From contig JAXMAZ010000004.1 in assembly GCA_046350115.1 (NCBI GenBank), forward strand, positions 285,054 through 309,053: DNA of 24,000 nt. The letters run 5' to 3'. Within the stretch, counting starts at the first letter, position 1; every line of letters begins with the position of its first letter. Positions 1 through 7,830 of this stretch are shown here, piece after piece. Source of the stretch: Gemmataceae bacterium. GTDB lineage: Bacteria > Planctomycetota > Planctomycetia > Gemmatales > Gemmataceae. The notes under the pieces were generated by a model. It made no database searches and was not told the origin of the DNA. It saw only the letters and a program-made list of their open reading frames with translations. The position numbers and the translations under genes are program-made.

Positions 1-392
1 GCGGGCTGGTCGCCCTGTGGCGGGAGGGGCTGCTCGCCCAGAAGGTGCTGCAGGGCGGCACCCGCGGGTACACCCGGCACCCGCAGCTCACCCGCTTCCG
101 CGCCGCCCCGGACCCGCCGGCCGCCATCGCCGCCTACCTGGCCGTCGTGTTGGAGGAGGCCGCCCGCCGGGGGTACACGTTCGACGCCGGCAAGATCGCC
201 CCGCCCGTGACCCCGCCGCTGATCGACGAGACCGACGGGCAGTTGCTCTACGAGTGGGACCACCTGCTGCGGAAGCTGGAGCGGCGCGACCCCGACCGGC
301 ACGCGGCCAGCCTGGCGATCACCGCCCCCGCCCCGCACCCACTGTTCCGCCTCGTCCCCGGCGGGGTGCGGGACTGGGAGCGGGTCGAATAG
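1..392 (+). CDS. pyrimidine dimer DNA glycosylase / endonuclease V family protein (5' end outside window; reading frame starts at nt 3)
   Basis: Translation from nt 3 reads GLVALWREGLLAQKVLQGGTRGYTRHPQLTRF...EEAARRGYTFD. This matches, from memory, the conserved core of bacterial Pyr_excise-type glycosylases. Third-position GC is near 100%. Stop TAG at 390-392. Confidence 0.75.
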   Translation, partial: GLVALWREGLLAQKVLQGGTRGYTRHPQLTRFRAAPDPPAAIAAYLAVVLEEAARRGYTFDAGKIAPPVTPPLIDETDGQLLYEWDHLLRKLERRDPDRHAASLAITAPAPHPLFRLVPGGVRDWERVE

Positions 393-593
393 GCCCGGCT
401 CGTCGGCGAACCAGTCGGCGACGAGGCTCGGGCGGAGGCGGACGAGGGTGGAGACGAACTGCAACACCGCCTTGGCCGAGGCGAGGGCGGTGCGGCGGTC
501 GTCGGCGAGCATGTCCGCCCGCAGGACGCCGAGCGCCTGGGCGGCGAACTGCCACAGGGCGTCGGCCGGCGGGTCGGCGACGAGGCCAGACAT
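393..593 (-). CDS. hypothetical small protein; 3' end undefined because there is no in-frame stop before the window edge
   Basis: ATG at 593-591 opens MSGLVADPPADALWQFAAQALGVLRADMLADDRRTALASAKAVLQFVSTLVRLRPSLVADWFADEPG. Codon third positions are almost all G/C between 593 and 393, and the signal decays once the frame runs antisense into the glycosylase gene. No recognisable family. Not listed in the ORF track because it runs off the window. Confidence 0.3.
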
Positions 594-616
594 GGGGCAC
601 CATAAGTGAACTAGAG

Positions 617-630
617 AACACTATAGTGTT
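617..630. promoter_or_regulatory. perfect 14-bp palindrome AACACTATAGTGTT, candidate operator in a lower-GC divergent intergenic region
   Basis: The sequence is identical to its own reverse complement. It lies 24 nt upstream of the minus-strand ATG at 593 and about 170 nt upstream of the HNH gene. It is followed by the overlapping TGATCA/TCATGA palindromes. Confidence 0.35.
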
Positions 631-798
631 GATCATGATTAGGGAAAGTCAACCCAACCGCGGCTTAAGTTTTGACGCAAGCCATGAGGGCCACTAACTT
701 GGCAGGTTGTGAACGGCGATACCAGCCGCGTACCCTCCTGCACAGGTACGGCTGACGGAGGGGGATGGTAGCGCCGCAGTCGATTTGGAGGGCAATCA

Positions 799-1152
799 AT
801 GGGCCGGCCGTTTGACTTCGGCTCGCTCGCGCCGACGGAGGCGAGGCAGCGGCAGAATGGCGTCTGTGCCTGCTGCGGGCGAAAGCTGGATCACGTACTG
901 GAACACGCCCACCACGTCGTCCCGAACCAGAGCGGTCAGGCCGGCGAACCGCAACACCTGTGGCTGAAGTCCACCGACAACTGTGTCATTTTGTGTGACC
1001 AGTGCCACTGGCGGGTCCACCAAGACGGCCACTACCGGACCGGGGCCGTTGCCCCGCCCACGTACTTCCCGCACTCGCATGGGACCAATTCGAGCGCCCA
1101 CTGGGCGTGGGCGACTAGGCTGGCCGCACTGGCGAAGCAGGTCTGGGGCTGA
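799..1152 (+). CDS. HNH endonuclease domain protein (117 aa, stand-alone)
   Basis: Contains CACCG...HAHHVVPN...LCDQCHWRVH, i.e. a Cys pair, His-His/Asn and CxxCHxxxH, typical of the HNH beta-beta-alpha metal finger. GGAGGG at 787-792 sits 6 nt before the ATG. A possible TTGACG-N17-TAACTT promoter lies at 672-700. Confidence 0.8.
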   Translation: MGRPFDFGSLAPTEARQRQNGVCACCGRKLDHVLEHAHHVVPNQSGQAGEPQHLWLKSTDNCVILCDQCHWRVHQDGHYRTGAVAPPTYFPHSHGTNSSAHWAWATRLAALAKQVWG

Positions 1153-1240
1153 GCGAGTCCTGCCCCCCGGCGTACAGTCGCTGCCATTTCCTGGAAGACG
1201 ACCGTGGTCGCGCCGCTCGAACTCGTTCTGGAAGGGCGTT

Positions 1241-1386
1241 TTGAAACCTCATGGGCGGATCGGTGTAGGGTGCGTTGAGGCTCGGCGAAACGCACCGCCG
1301 GGACGCTGTCGTTGCCGGGCCGGTGCGTTTCGTCGCCGAGCCTCCTCAACGCACCCTACGACAGACCGGTCACGAACGGTTTCAAG
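1241..1386. repeat. ~146-bp imperfect inverted repeat (long hairpin) between convergent genes
   Basis: The left arm TTGAAACC...GTAGGGTGCGTTGAGGCTCGGCGAAACGCACCG pairs with the right arm CGGTGCGTTTCGTCGCCGAGCCTCCTCAACGCACCCTAC...GGTTTCAA. The arms differ by small indels, and the centre is near 1308. Confidence 0.7.
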
Positions 1387-1409
1387 ACCCCCTCTGAGCC
1401 GGCCCCGGG

Positions 1410-1868
1410 CTACGCCGACCGGTCCGCCAGCCTGGCCCGCGCCCGGCCGAGCAGCATCCCGTGGTCGAACGCCGTCGCCGGCGGGGCGGTCAGCGGGAAC
1501 CAGCCGACCTCGGCGGCGTCGTCCCCGGCCTTGCCCTTGGCCTTCTTCGGGTCGATGCGGGCCAGGAACACGACGCTGACCGTCCACCCCCGGGGGTCGC
1601 GGCCCGGGTCGCCGGCCGTGTACAGCGGCTCCAGATCCTCGACCGTCAGCCCCGCCTCCTCCTGAAGCTCCCGGCGGGCGGCGTCGGCCGGCCGCTCCCC
1701 CTCGTCCACGAACCCGCCGGGTAAGGCCCACAGCCCGGCAAAAGGGTCGCTTTTCCGCTTGATCAACAGAACCCGCGGGTCCGCCTCCCGAGTGACCAGG
1801 ACCACGTCCGCGGTCAAGGCCGGACGGGGGTAGTCGTAAGTGAACTTGCCCGGCTTCGCCCCGGCCAT
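1410..1868 (-). CDS. NUDIX hydrolase
   Basis: Nudix box GGFVDEGERPADAARRELQEEAGL (GX5EX7REUXEEXGU). I place the start at the internal ATG 1868 (MAGAKPGKFTYDYPRPALTADVVLV). The upstream part of the 201-aa ORF is Arg/Pro-rich and looks non-coding. Confidence 0.9.
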   Translation of the reverse strand: MAGAKPGKFTYDYPRPALTADVVLVTREADPRVLLIKRKSDPFAGLWALPGGFVDEGERPADAARRELQEEAGLTVEDLEPLYTAGDPGRDPRGWTVSVVFLARIDPKKAKGKAGDDAAEVGWFPLTAPPATAFDHGMLLGRARARLADRSA

Positions 1869-2023
1869 CGCAACCCCCTGTCGCCCCGCGGGCTTCCGGC
1901 GTGGTGTGAAGATGTTCAGACTGACGGTTGCCGCCGGCCGCCGGGGGGTGCCGAACCCGGCCCCGGCCGGCCCCGGTCTAGAATGGCGTGCAGACCCGTT
2001 GCCCACAAGGCGCAAGGTGCCGG

Positions 2024-2794
2024 ATGTCCCGCAATGACCGGATCTTCTGTTTCGAGGCGTTCGATGTGACCGACCCCCTGGTCCGGGCGGCCGAGCGGCT
2101 GTACCTGGCCACCCAGCACCCGGACGAGCGCATCCCGTGGGGGTGGATCGCCCGCAGCATCAAGGGGCGGGTCGGGTGGCGGCCCGGGGCCGGCTGGGGC
2201 AAGCACTTGCTGATCGCCACCCCGGAGGAGCGGACGGCCGACCCGGACGCGCTGGCCGGGTTCCTGTACGGCACCCACCTGCCGGGGTACGGCGGGTACG
2301 TCTGTTACCTCGGGGTGGACGAGCGGTTCCGCCGGCGGGGCGTCGGCACCCGGCTGTTCGACCAGGCGTTCAAGGTGCTGGCCGCGGACGCCGGGGCGGC
2401 CGACGAGCCGCTGCCGTTCGTGGTGTGGGAGAGCCGCAAGCCCGGGCCGGACGCGACCGACGCCGACGGGAAGCTGTGGGACGCCCGGGTGAAGCTGTTC
2501 GCCCGGGCCGGCGGTCTGTGGGCCGAGGGGGTCGAGCTGCACACCCCGAACTACACCACCCCCGGCGCCCCGCCGGTCCGGCTGCAGGTGTTCGTCAAGC
2601 CGGCGGACGTGCCGGCGGCGGCGTTCGACGCGGAGCGGGTCCGGGGGGTGGTCGGCGGGCTGTTGGAGCGGGTGTACCGTGTGCAGCCGGGCGACCCGCT
2701 GTGGGCCGCGACGCTGCCGCCGGGGTGCGAGCCGCGGCTGCGGCCGGCGACCGAGGCCGGGCGGAAGAGGCGGGAGCTGGTGGCGGTGGGGTGA
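2024..2794 (+). CDS. GNAT family N-acetyltransferase
   Basis: Acetyl-CoA binding motif A-like segment YLGVDERFRRRGVGTRLFDQAF. High GC3. Start chosen at ATG 2024 (MSRNDRIF). Divergent from the NUDIX gene. Confidence 0.7.
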   Translation: MSRNDRIFCFEAFDVTDPLVRAAERLYLATQHPDERIPWGWIARSIKGRVGWRPGAGWGKHLLIATPEERTADPDALAGFLYGTHLPGYGGYVCYLGVDERFRRRGVGTRLFDQAFKVLAADAGAADEPLPFVVWESRKPGPDATDADGKLWDARVKLFARAGGLWAEGVELHTPNYTTPGAPPVRLQVFVKPADVPAAAFDAERVRGVVGGLLERVYRVQPGDPLWAATLPPGCEPRLRPATEAGRKRRELVAVG

Positions 2795-2805
2795 GCGATT
2801 CCTCT

Positions 2806-2830
2806 CCCCCTCCCTGCTTAGGGGAGGGGG
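2806..2830 (+). terminator. GC hairpin after the GNAT gene (CCCCCTCCC / GGGAGGGGG, 7-nt loop), possible terminator or repeat unit
   Basis: A 9-bp perfect stem begins 12 nt after the stop codon. There is no U-tract, so intrinsic terminator function is uncertain. The motif style resembles the hairpin at 11314-11394. Confidence 0.35.
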
Positions 2831-2940
2831 CCGGGGGATACGGGTTCGACCGGAAGGGGGCCATGCCGGGGCTGACGACCGGCATCGTCGGGCTGTGCAA
2901 CGAGGCCAGCCCCGCAAGCCAGACGACTGGAGCCGCTACG

Positions 2941-3551
2941 AAGGCGTGGGCGTAGGGGAGCCAGCCGGGCAGCATCGACTACTTCGAGACCGGACAAGGC
3001 GGTGGACCCCGAGCAGGTCCGTCGAGGGGCTGTCCCGGTACGGCAAGGCGGCGCTCGTCACGATGGCCTACGACCCCCGGTTCGCCATCGCGTTCGTCGG
3101 CTCGTCCGGGGCCGGCGGGGCCAAGATCCACCGGCGGAACTTCGGCGAGATGGTGGAGAACGTGGCCGGCACCGAGGAGTACCACTGGATGGCCGGCAAC
3201 TACCTGAAGTACGCCGGCCCGCTGACCGCCAACGACCTGCCGGTCGATTCGCACGAGTTGGTCGCCCTGTGCGCCCCGCGGCCGGTGTTCCTCAGCGTCG
3301 GGGCGGAGAAGCTGGACGGGAACGGGTGGATCGACTGCAAGGGCAACTTCCTGGCCGGGGTGTATGCCGGGCCGGTGTACGAGCTGCTCGGCAAGAAGGG
3401 GCTGGGCACCACGGAGTTCCCGCCGCAGGGGACGGCCCTGGTGGCCGGCGAGGTGGCGTTCCGGCAGCACGAGGGCGGACACACCACCGGCCCGAACTGG
3501 CCGACGTTCCTGAAGTACGCCGACCGGTACATCGGCGAACCAAGGAAGTGA
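2941..3551 (+). pseudogene. relic of a CE15-like (glucuronoyl-esterase-like) alpha/beta hydrolase: 5'-truncated, with one nonsense codon and two frameshifts
   Basis: The intact C-terminal frame reads VEGLSRYGKAALVTMAYDPRFAIAFVGSSGAGGAKIHRRNFGE...LPVDSHELVALCAPRPVFLS...AFRQHEGGHTTGPNWPTF, giving the G-x-S-R-x-G-K nucleophile motif and a catalytic His region. Upstream homology is scattered over three frames. AWA*GSQPGSIDYFETG is in frame 1, with TAG at 2953-2955 where the family has Trp. DKAVDPEQV is in frame 2. The rest is in frame 0. The roughly 250 aa of N-terminal sequence expected for this family is absent. Confidence 0.7.
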
Positions 3552-3582
3552 AAGCGGAATTTGACGGGATGAAGCTTAGCGG

Positions 3583-4252
3583 TCAATGCCTCCGGCGGAC
3601 TTGGGCTCCTCGGTGGCAGCCCTTCGAGATCACCCACCCCTGCCCCGCCGCCGGGGCGGTGGCGGTCGTCGGCCACAGGTCGCCCCGCATCGCGTACCCG
3701 CCGTTCTCGTAGCTCTCCCAGTAGCCGGGGCGATCGGCTTCCATGAACTCGACCCCCGCGCCCGCTCTTCCAGGCGTACAGCCGCGGCACCACCAGCCGT
3801 ACCGGGTAGCCGTGGTCCGGGGTCAGCGGCTCGCCGTTGTGCGTCAGCGCGAACAGCGCGTCGTCGGCGAAGAAGTCGTCGAGCGGCAGGTTGGTGCTGA
3901 ACCCGTACTCCGAATGCACCATCACGAACTTCGCCGCCGGGCTGACGGTGACGTGCTGGAGCAGCTCCCGGGTCGGCACCCCTTCCCACAGGTTGTCCAG
4001 CTTCGACCAGCGGGTGACGCAGTGCATGTCGGCCAGCACTTTCACCCGCGGCAGCGCCTGAAACTGCTCCCAGGTGAACCGGACCACCTTCTCCACCAGC
4101 GGCACCGGGAAGACGGCGAAGTCCCACCGGGCCGGGTCGAACGGCGGCACCTCGCCGGCGTGCAGCACCGGCCACTTGTGCGTCTGCGCCTGGCCCGGCG
4201 GCAGCCGGTGCGGCCGGCGGGTGTCCGGGCTGAGAACGACCTCGTCTGCCAT
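3583..4252 (-). pseudogene. sulfite oxidase-like molybdopterin-dependent oxidoreductase (YuiH/MsrP-type catalytic domain), apparent frameshift near 3753-3766
   Basis: The N-terminal 162 aa (MADEVVLSPDTRRPHRLPPGQ...MHCVTRWSKLDNLWEGV...GYPVRLVVPRLYAWKS) match the family. The conserved C-terminus VEFMEADRPGYWESY..GYAMRGDLW is in a different frame and ends at TGA 3585-3583. The segment where the family (from memory) has AKW-V/I-RG is shortened. The 350-aa ORF in the track stays open only because of GC richness. Confidence 0.7.
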
Positions 4253-4267
4253 GACGCGCTCCGAAAC

Positions 4268-4373
4268 GGCCCGCTGAGGACGCAGACTTCGCCGCAGATG
4301 AAAACCAGATACGAATTTGAATTGGTTTCCGATCCGGTTTCATCTGCGGCGAAGTCTGCGTCCTCAGCGGGCC
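4268..4373. repeat. perfect 36-bp inverted repeat with a 34-nt AT-richer spacer, filling the intergenic gap between the flavin reductase and Moco oxidoreductase genes
   Basis: GGCCCGCTGAGGACGCAGACTTCGCCGCAGATGAAA (4268-4303) is the exact reverse complement of 4338-4373. The spacer ACCAGATACGAATTTGAATTGGTTTCCGATCCGG is much lower in GC. Confidence 0.9.
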
Positions 4374-4377
4374 ATTC

Positions 4378-4887
4378 TTAGTAGTGCAGCCCGCTCTTGC
4401 GGACGTGGGTGGTCGGCTTGGCGTCGTGAAGCACCCGGCCGTTCACCACCTGGCCGACCACCAGCACGTGGTCCCCGCCCAGGTCGGCCCGGCCGACCAC
4501 CCGGCAGTCCAGAATCGCGTGGGCGTCGGCGAGCAGCGGGGCCGACCCGGGTAGCCGGATGACTGGCAGGTCGGCGAACGCCGGCTCGTCCGGGCCGAAC
4601 CCGTGGGCGAAGTGCTTGACCAGCACCTTGCCCCCCTCCGGGATGACGCTCACCCCCAGGGCCGCCCCGTCCGCCAGCCAGTCGAGCAGGTACCGGCTTT
4701 TCCGCACGGCCACGCTCACCTGTGGCGGGTCGAAACTGCACTGCTGGACCCAACTGGCCAGCAGCCCGGTCTCCTGCCCGTCCGGGCCGCGGGCGGTGAC
4801 GACGAACAGCCCGCTCGGGATGCGGCCGAGGGCGGTCGCCCACGGGTTGTCGGTGGGGGTGGTCAACGGGTCGGCCTCGCGCGGCAC
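4378..4887 (-). CDS. flavin reductase family protein (FMN-binding split-barrel domain)
   Basis: The protein (PSGLFVVTARGPDGQETGLLASWVQQCSFDPPQVSVAV...GDHVLVVGQVVNG) has the typical flavin reductase-like domain pattern. The ORF start at 4887 is GTG, so the exact start is uncertain. Confidence 0.85.
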   Translation of the reverse strand: MPREADPLTTPTDNPWATALGRIPSGLFVVTARGPDGQETGLLASWVQQCSFDPPQVSVAVRKSRYLLDWLADGAALGVSVIPEGGKVLVKHFAHGFGPDEPAFADLPVIRLPGSAPLLADAHAILDCRVVGRADLGGDHVLVVGQVVNGRVLHDAKPTTHVRKSGLHY

Positions 4888-5042
4888 GGGTCGGGCTTCG
4901 GTGATGGTAGGGGCGACCGCGGGGAAAGCCCACCCGCGATCCCGGGCCGGGTTTGTGGGGTCGGTTTCAAGTTGGGCAATCTCTGCCGCCGATACCGGAT
5001 AAGCGGGCGGTGCCGGCCCGCGATCGATCCGGCGGGGGTGCC

Positions 5043-7830
5043 ATGCGCGTTCGGACTCAAGCCACGGCCCGGTGGGCGGCCAGTCTTCTCCTCCTCGGCG
5101 GGTGCTCCACCCAGCACTTCCGGGAGCGGGCGGACAAGGACGTGGAAGCGGTCATCGGGCAGAAGAACCTGTTCCCCGACTGGAAGGTGGAGAACTGGCA
5201 CGTCTACCCGGACCCCCGGGCCCGGTTCGCCGACCCGTTCTCCCCGGACTCCCCGCCGTACCCGCCGGACGACTACGCCGCCTGGCTGACCGCCCCCAAC
5301 CCGCAGCGCCAGGCCGCGCGGCGGGGCCGGCCGGCACGAAGGGGACGGCTACCTCAAGCAGATCATCGCCTGGGACGCCGAGAACCGGGCCGAGGACGAG
5401 GCCCGGCTGGCCGCCAAGCGGCAGGCCGAGCCGGACCTGGCCGGCCGCATCGGGACCGGCGGCACCGGGACCGGGGCGGACGCCGCCACCGCCCCGTCCG
5501 ACCCGAAGCTCGGGCCGGCGGCCGACCCGTCGGCCAAGGCGGACGCGACCGGGGCGGCGGCCGGCGGGACGGCCGCCTACCTGGCCACGTTCGCCACCAA
5601 CGAGCGGCCGTACCGGATCACCATGAACCAGGCGGTCGAGCTGGCCATCTTCAACAGCCGGGAGTTCCAGGACCGCCGCGAAGACCTGTACCTGGCCGCC
5701 CTGCCGGTGACGCTGGAGCGGTTCAACTTCGCCGCCCAGGCGTTCGCCGCCGAGAACCTCATCCGCCAGTCGACCGGCCGGGACTTCCCGGGCGGGGGCG
5801 GGGAGGCGTGGCGGATCAACACCGACGCGACCGTCAGCCGGAACATCGCCACCGGCGGCCAACTGATCGTCCGGCTGGCCAACCAGATCGTGGTGGACCT
5901 GTCCGGCCCCAGCCCGCAGGTCAGCCTGTCCAACCTGTCGCTGACGTTCATCCAGCCGCTGCTCCGCGGCGGCGGGTACGCCGTCACCCTGGAGAGCCTG
6001 ACCCAGGCGGAGCGGAGCCTGCTGTACGCCATCCGGTCGTACGCCCGGTTCCGGCGGGTGTTCTACGCCGCCCTGGTCGGCCAGGGGTCGAGCATCCAGG
6101 GCCAGGGGGGCGGCGGGTCGTCCGGCGGGTACACCAACAACCCGTACGGCCTGCAGGGGCTGTCCACCAACCTGGGCCGGGGGGTCGGGGCCAACCTGAC
6201 GGCCGTCCCGGCCGGGTTCTTCAGCACCGTCCTGCAGTCCGCCACCCTGGCCAACCAGCGGCAGAACGTGGTCGCCCTGGAGCAGTTCCTGAGGCTGTTC
6301 CAGAACCTGCAGGAGGGCGGGGCGGTCAGCGGGCTGCAGGTCGGGCGGGTGGAGCAGAACCTGATCAACAGCCGCATCCAGGTGCTGACCAGCACCCGCC
6401 AGTACCTGGACAGCGTGGACAACTTCAAGCTCCAGCTCGGGGTGCCGACCACCCTGCCGCTGGAGCTGGACGACGGCCCGCTGCGGGCGATGCGGACCCA
6501 GTTGGAGCGGTTCGAGGCGCTCTTCGCCGACGCCCGGGAGGTGGCCGAGCTGGGCGGCAAGTTCGACCCGGCCGAGCCGGTGGACCAGTTGCGCGGGCGG
6601 TGGGGGCGGATTCTCACCGAATCCTCACTGGCCCGCGGGACCGCCTTCTCCCAACAATACCTTGAGGCCGCCGCCGCCCTCCGCCGGCTGCCGGACGACG
6701 CCCTGACCGCTCGCGCCGCCGACCTGCTCGCCCTCCGCCGCAAGCGACTCGACCTGCGGGCCGACCGCCAGTTGAAGAACCAGCCCGAGCCGCCGTCCGA
6801 GACCGCCGACCTGGAGGCCATCGAGGCGGCCCTGGACCGCCTGTCGTTTGAACAAGCGTTGCGTCGGTACGAGGCCCGGCCGTGGCTGGCCGCCCCGCCC
6901 GAACGGCGGGCGAATGAGCAGGCAGTGGTGTTCCGGTCGGTGCTGGACGCGGGTCTCCTGGTCGCCGCCCAGGCCCGGACCGAGCGGCTGACCAAGGTAC
7001 GGGACACCTGGCCGACCCTGCCCCCGGTCGTGATCGACGGGGTGGACGTCCTGACCATGCCGCTGGACGAGGCCCAGCACAAGACCGCCCAGGCCGCCCT
7101 GACCAGCCGGTTGGACCTGATGAACGCACGGGCGCAGGTGGTGGACGGGTGGCGGCAGATCGCGGTGACGGCCAATGCCTTGCAAGGGGTGTTCGATGTC
7201 AGGTATGATCTGAATACGACCACCCCGCGAGACGAAGCCGCCGGCCTGGCCTTCGCCGGCACCCGGACCCAGCACACGGTGACGCTGAACGTCCAGCCGC
7301 CGTTCGTCCGCCGGGCCGAGCGGAACGCCTACCGGGCCGCCCTGATCGGGTACCAGCGGTCCCGCCGGAACCTGATGGCGTTCGAGGACAACATCCTGGC
7401 CGACTCCCGCAGCGACCTGCGGCAGTTGCGGCAGCTGGCCGTGTCGTACCGGCTGCAGCAGCGGGCCATCGAACTGGCCTACGCCCAGGTGGACAACGCC
7501 CGGAGCACCCTGACCGCCCCGCCCGACCCGACCGCCCGCGACACGGCCGCCGCCCAGGCCGCCCTGACCGAACAGCTCCTGTCCGCCCAACAGGCGCTGG
7601 TGCAAGCCCAGAACACCCTGTACACCACCTGGATGGCGTTCCAGGCGACCCGGATCGACTACCACCTGGACCTGGAACGCCTGCCGCTGGATGCCCGAGG
7701 GCTTTGGACCGATGACACCGCAAGCCAGCCCCTCCCCGGGCCTGCTGCCCCAGCCGCACCACCCGTCGGGGGCGAACGGGCACCCGCACCCCAGCCCGTC
7801 CCCGGCCCCGGCCCCGCCGCCAAAGAGTAA
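5043..7830 (+). CDS. TolC-family outer membrane efflux lipoprotein; apparent +1 frameshift between 5290 and 5333
   Basis: Frame 0 from ATG 5043 gives a lipoprotein signal peptide, MRVRTQATARWAASLLLLGGC, and coding-like sequence to about 5330. The remainder (GDGYLKQIIAWDAENRAEDEA...ITMNQAVELAIFNSREFQDRREDLYLAALPVTLERF..., OEP/TolC repeats) is in frame 1. That frame has no start codon between its stop at 5287-5289 and 5623. Confidence 0.8.

Noticed and set aside
17-697. A 226-aa plus-strand ORF spanning the first 700 nt.
   Set aside because: It is out of frame with the well-supported glycosylase ORF and has Arg/Gly/Pro-dominated composition. It crosses the low-GC intergenic patch without any change in character, so it is non-coding.
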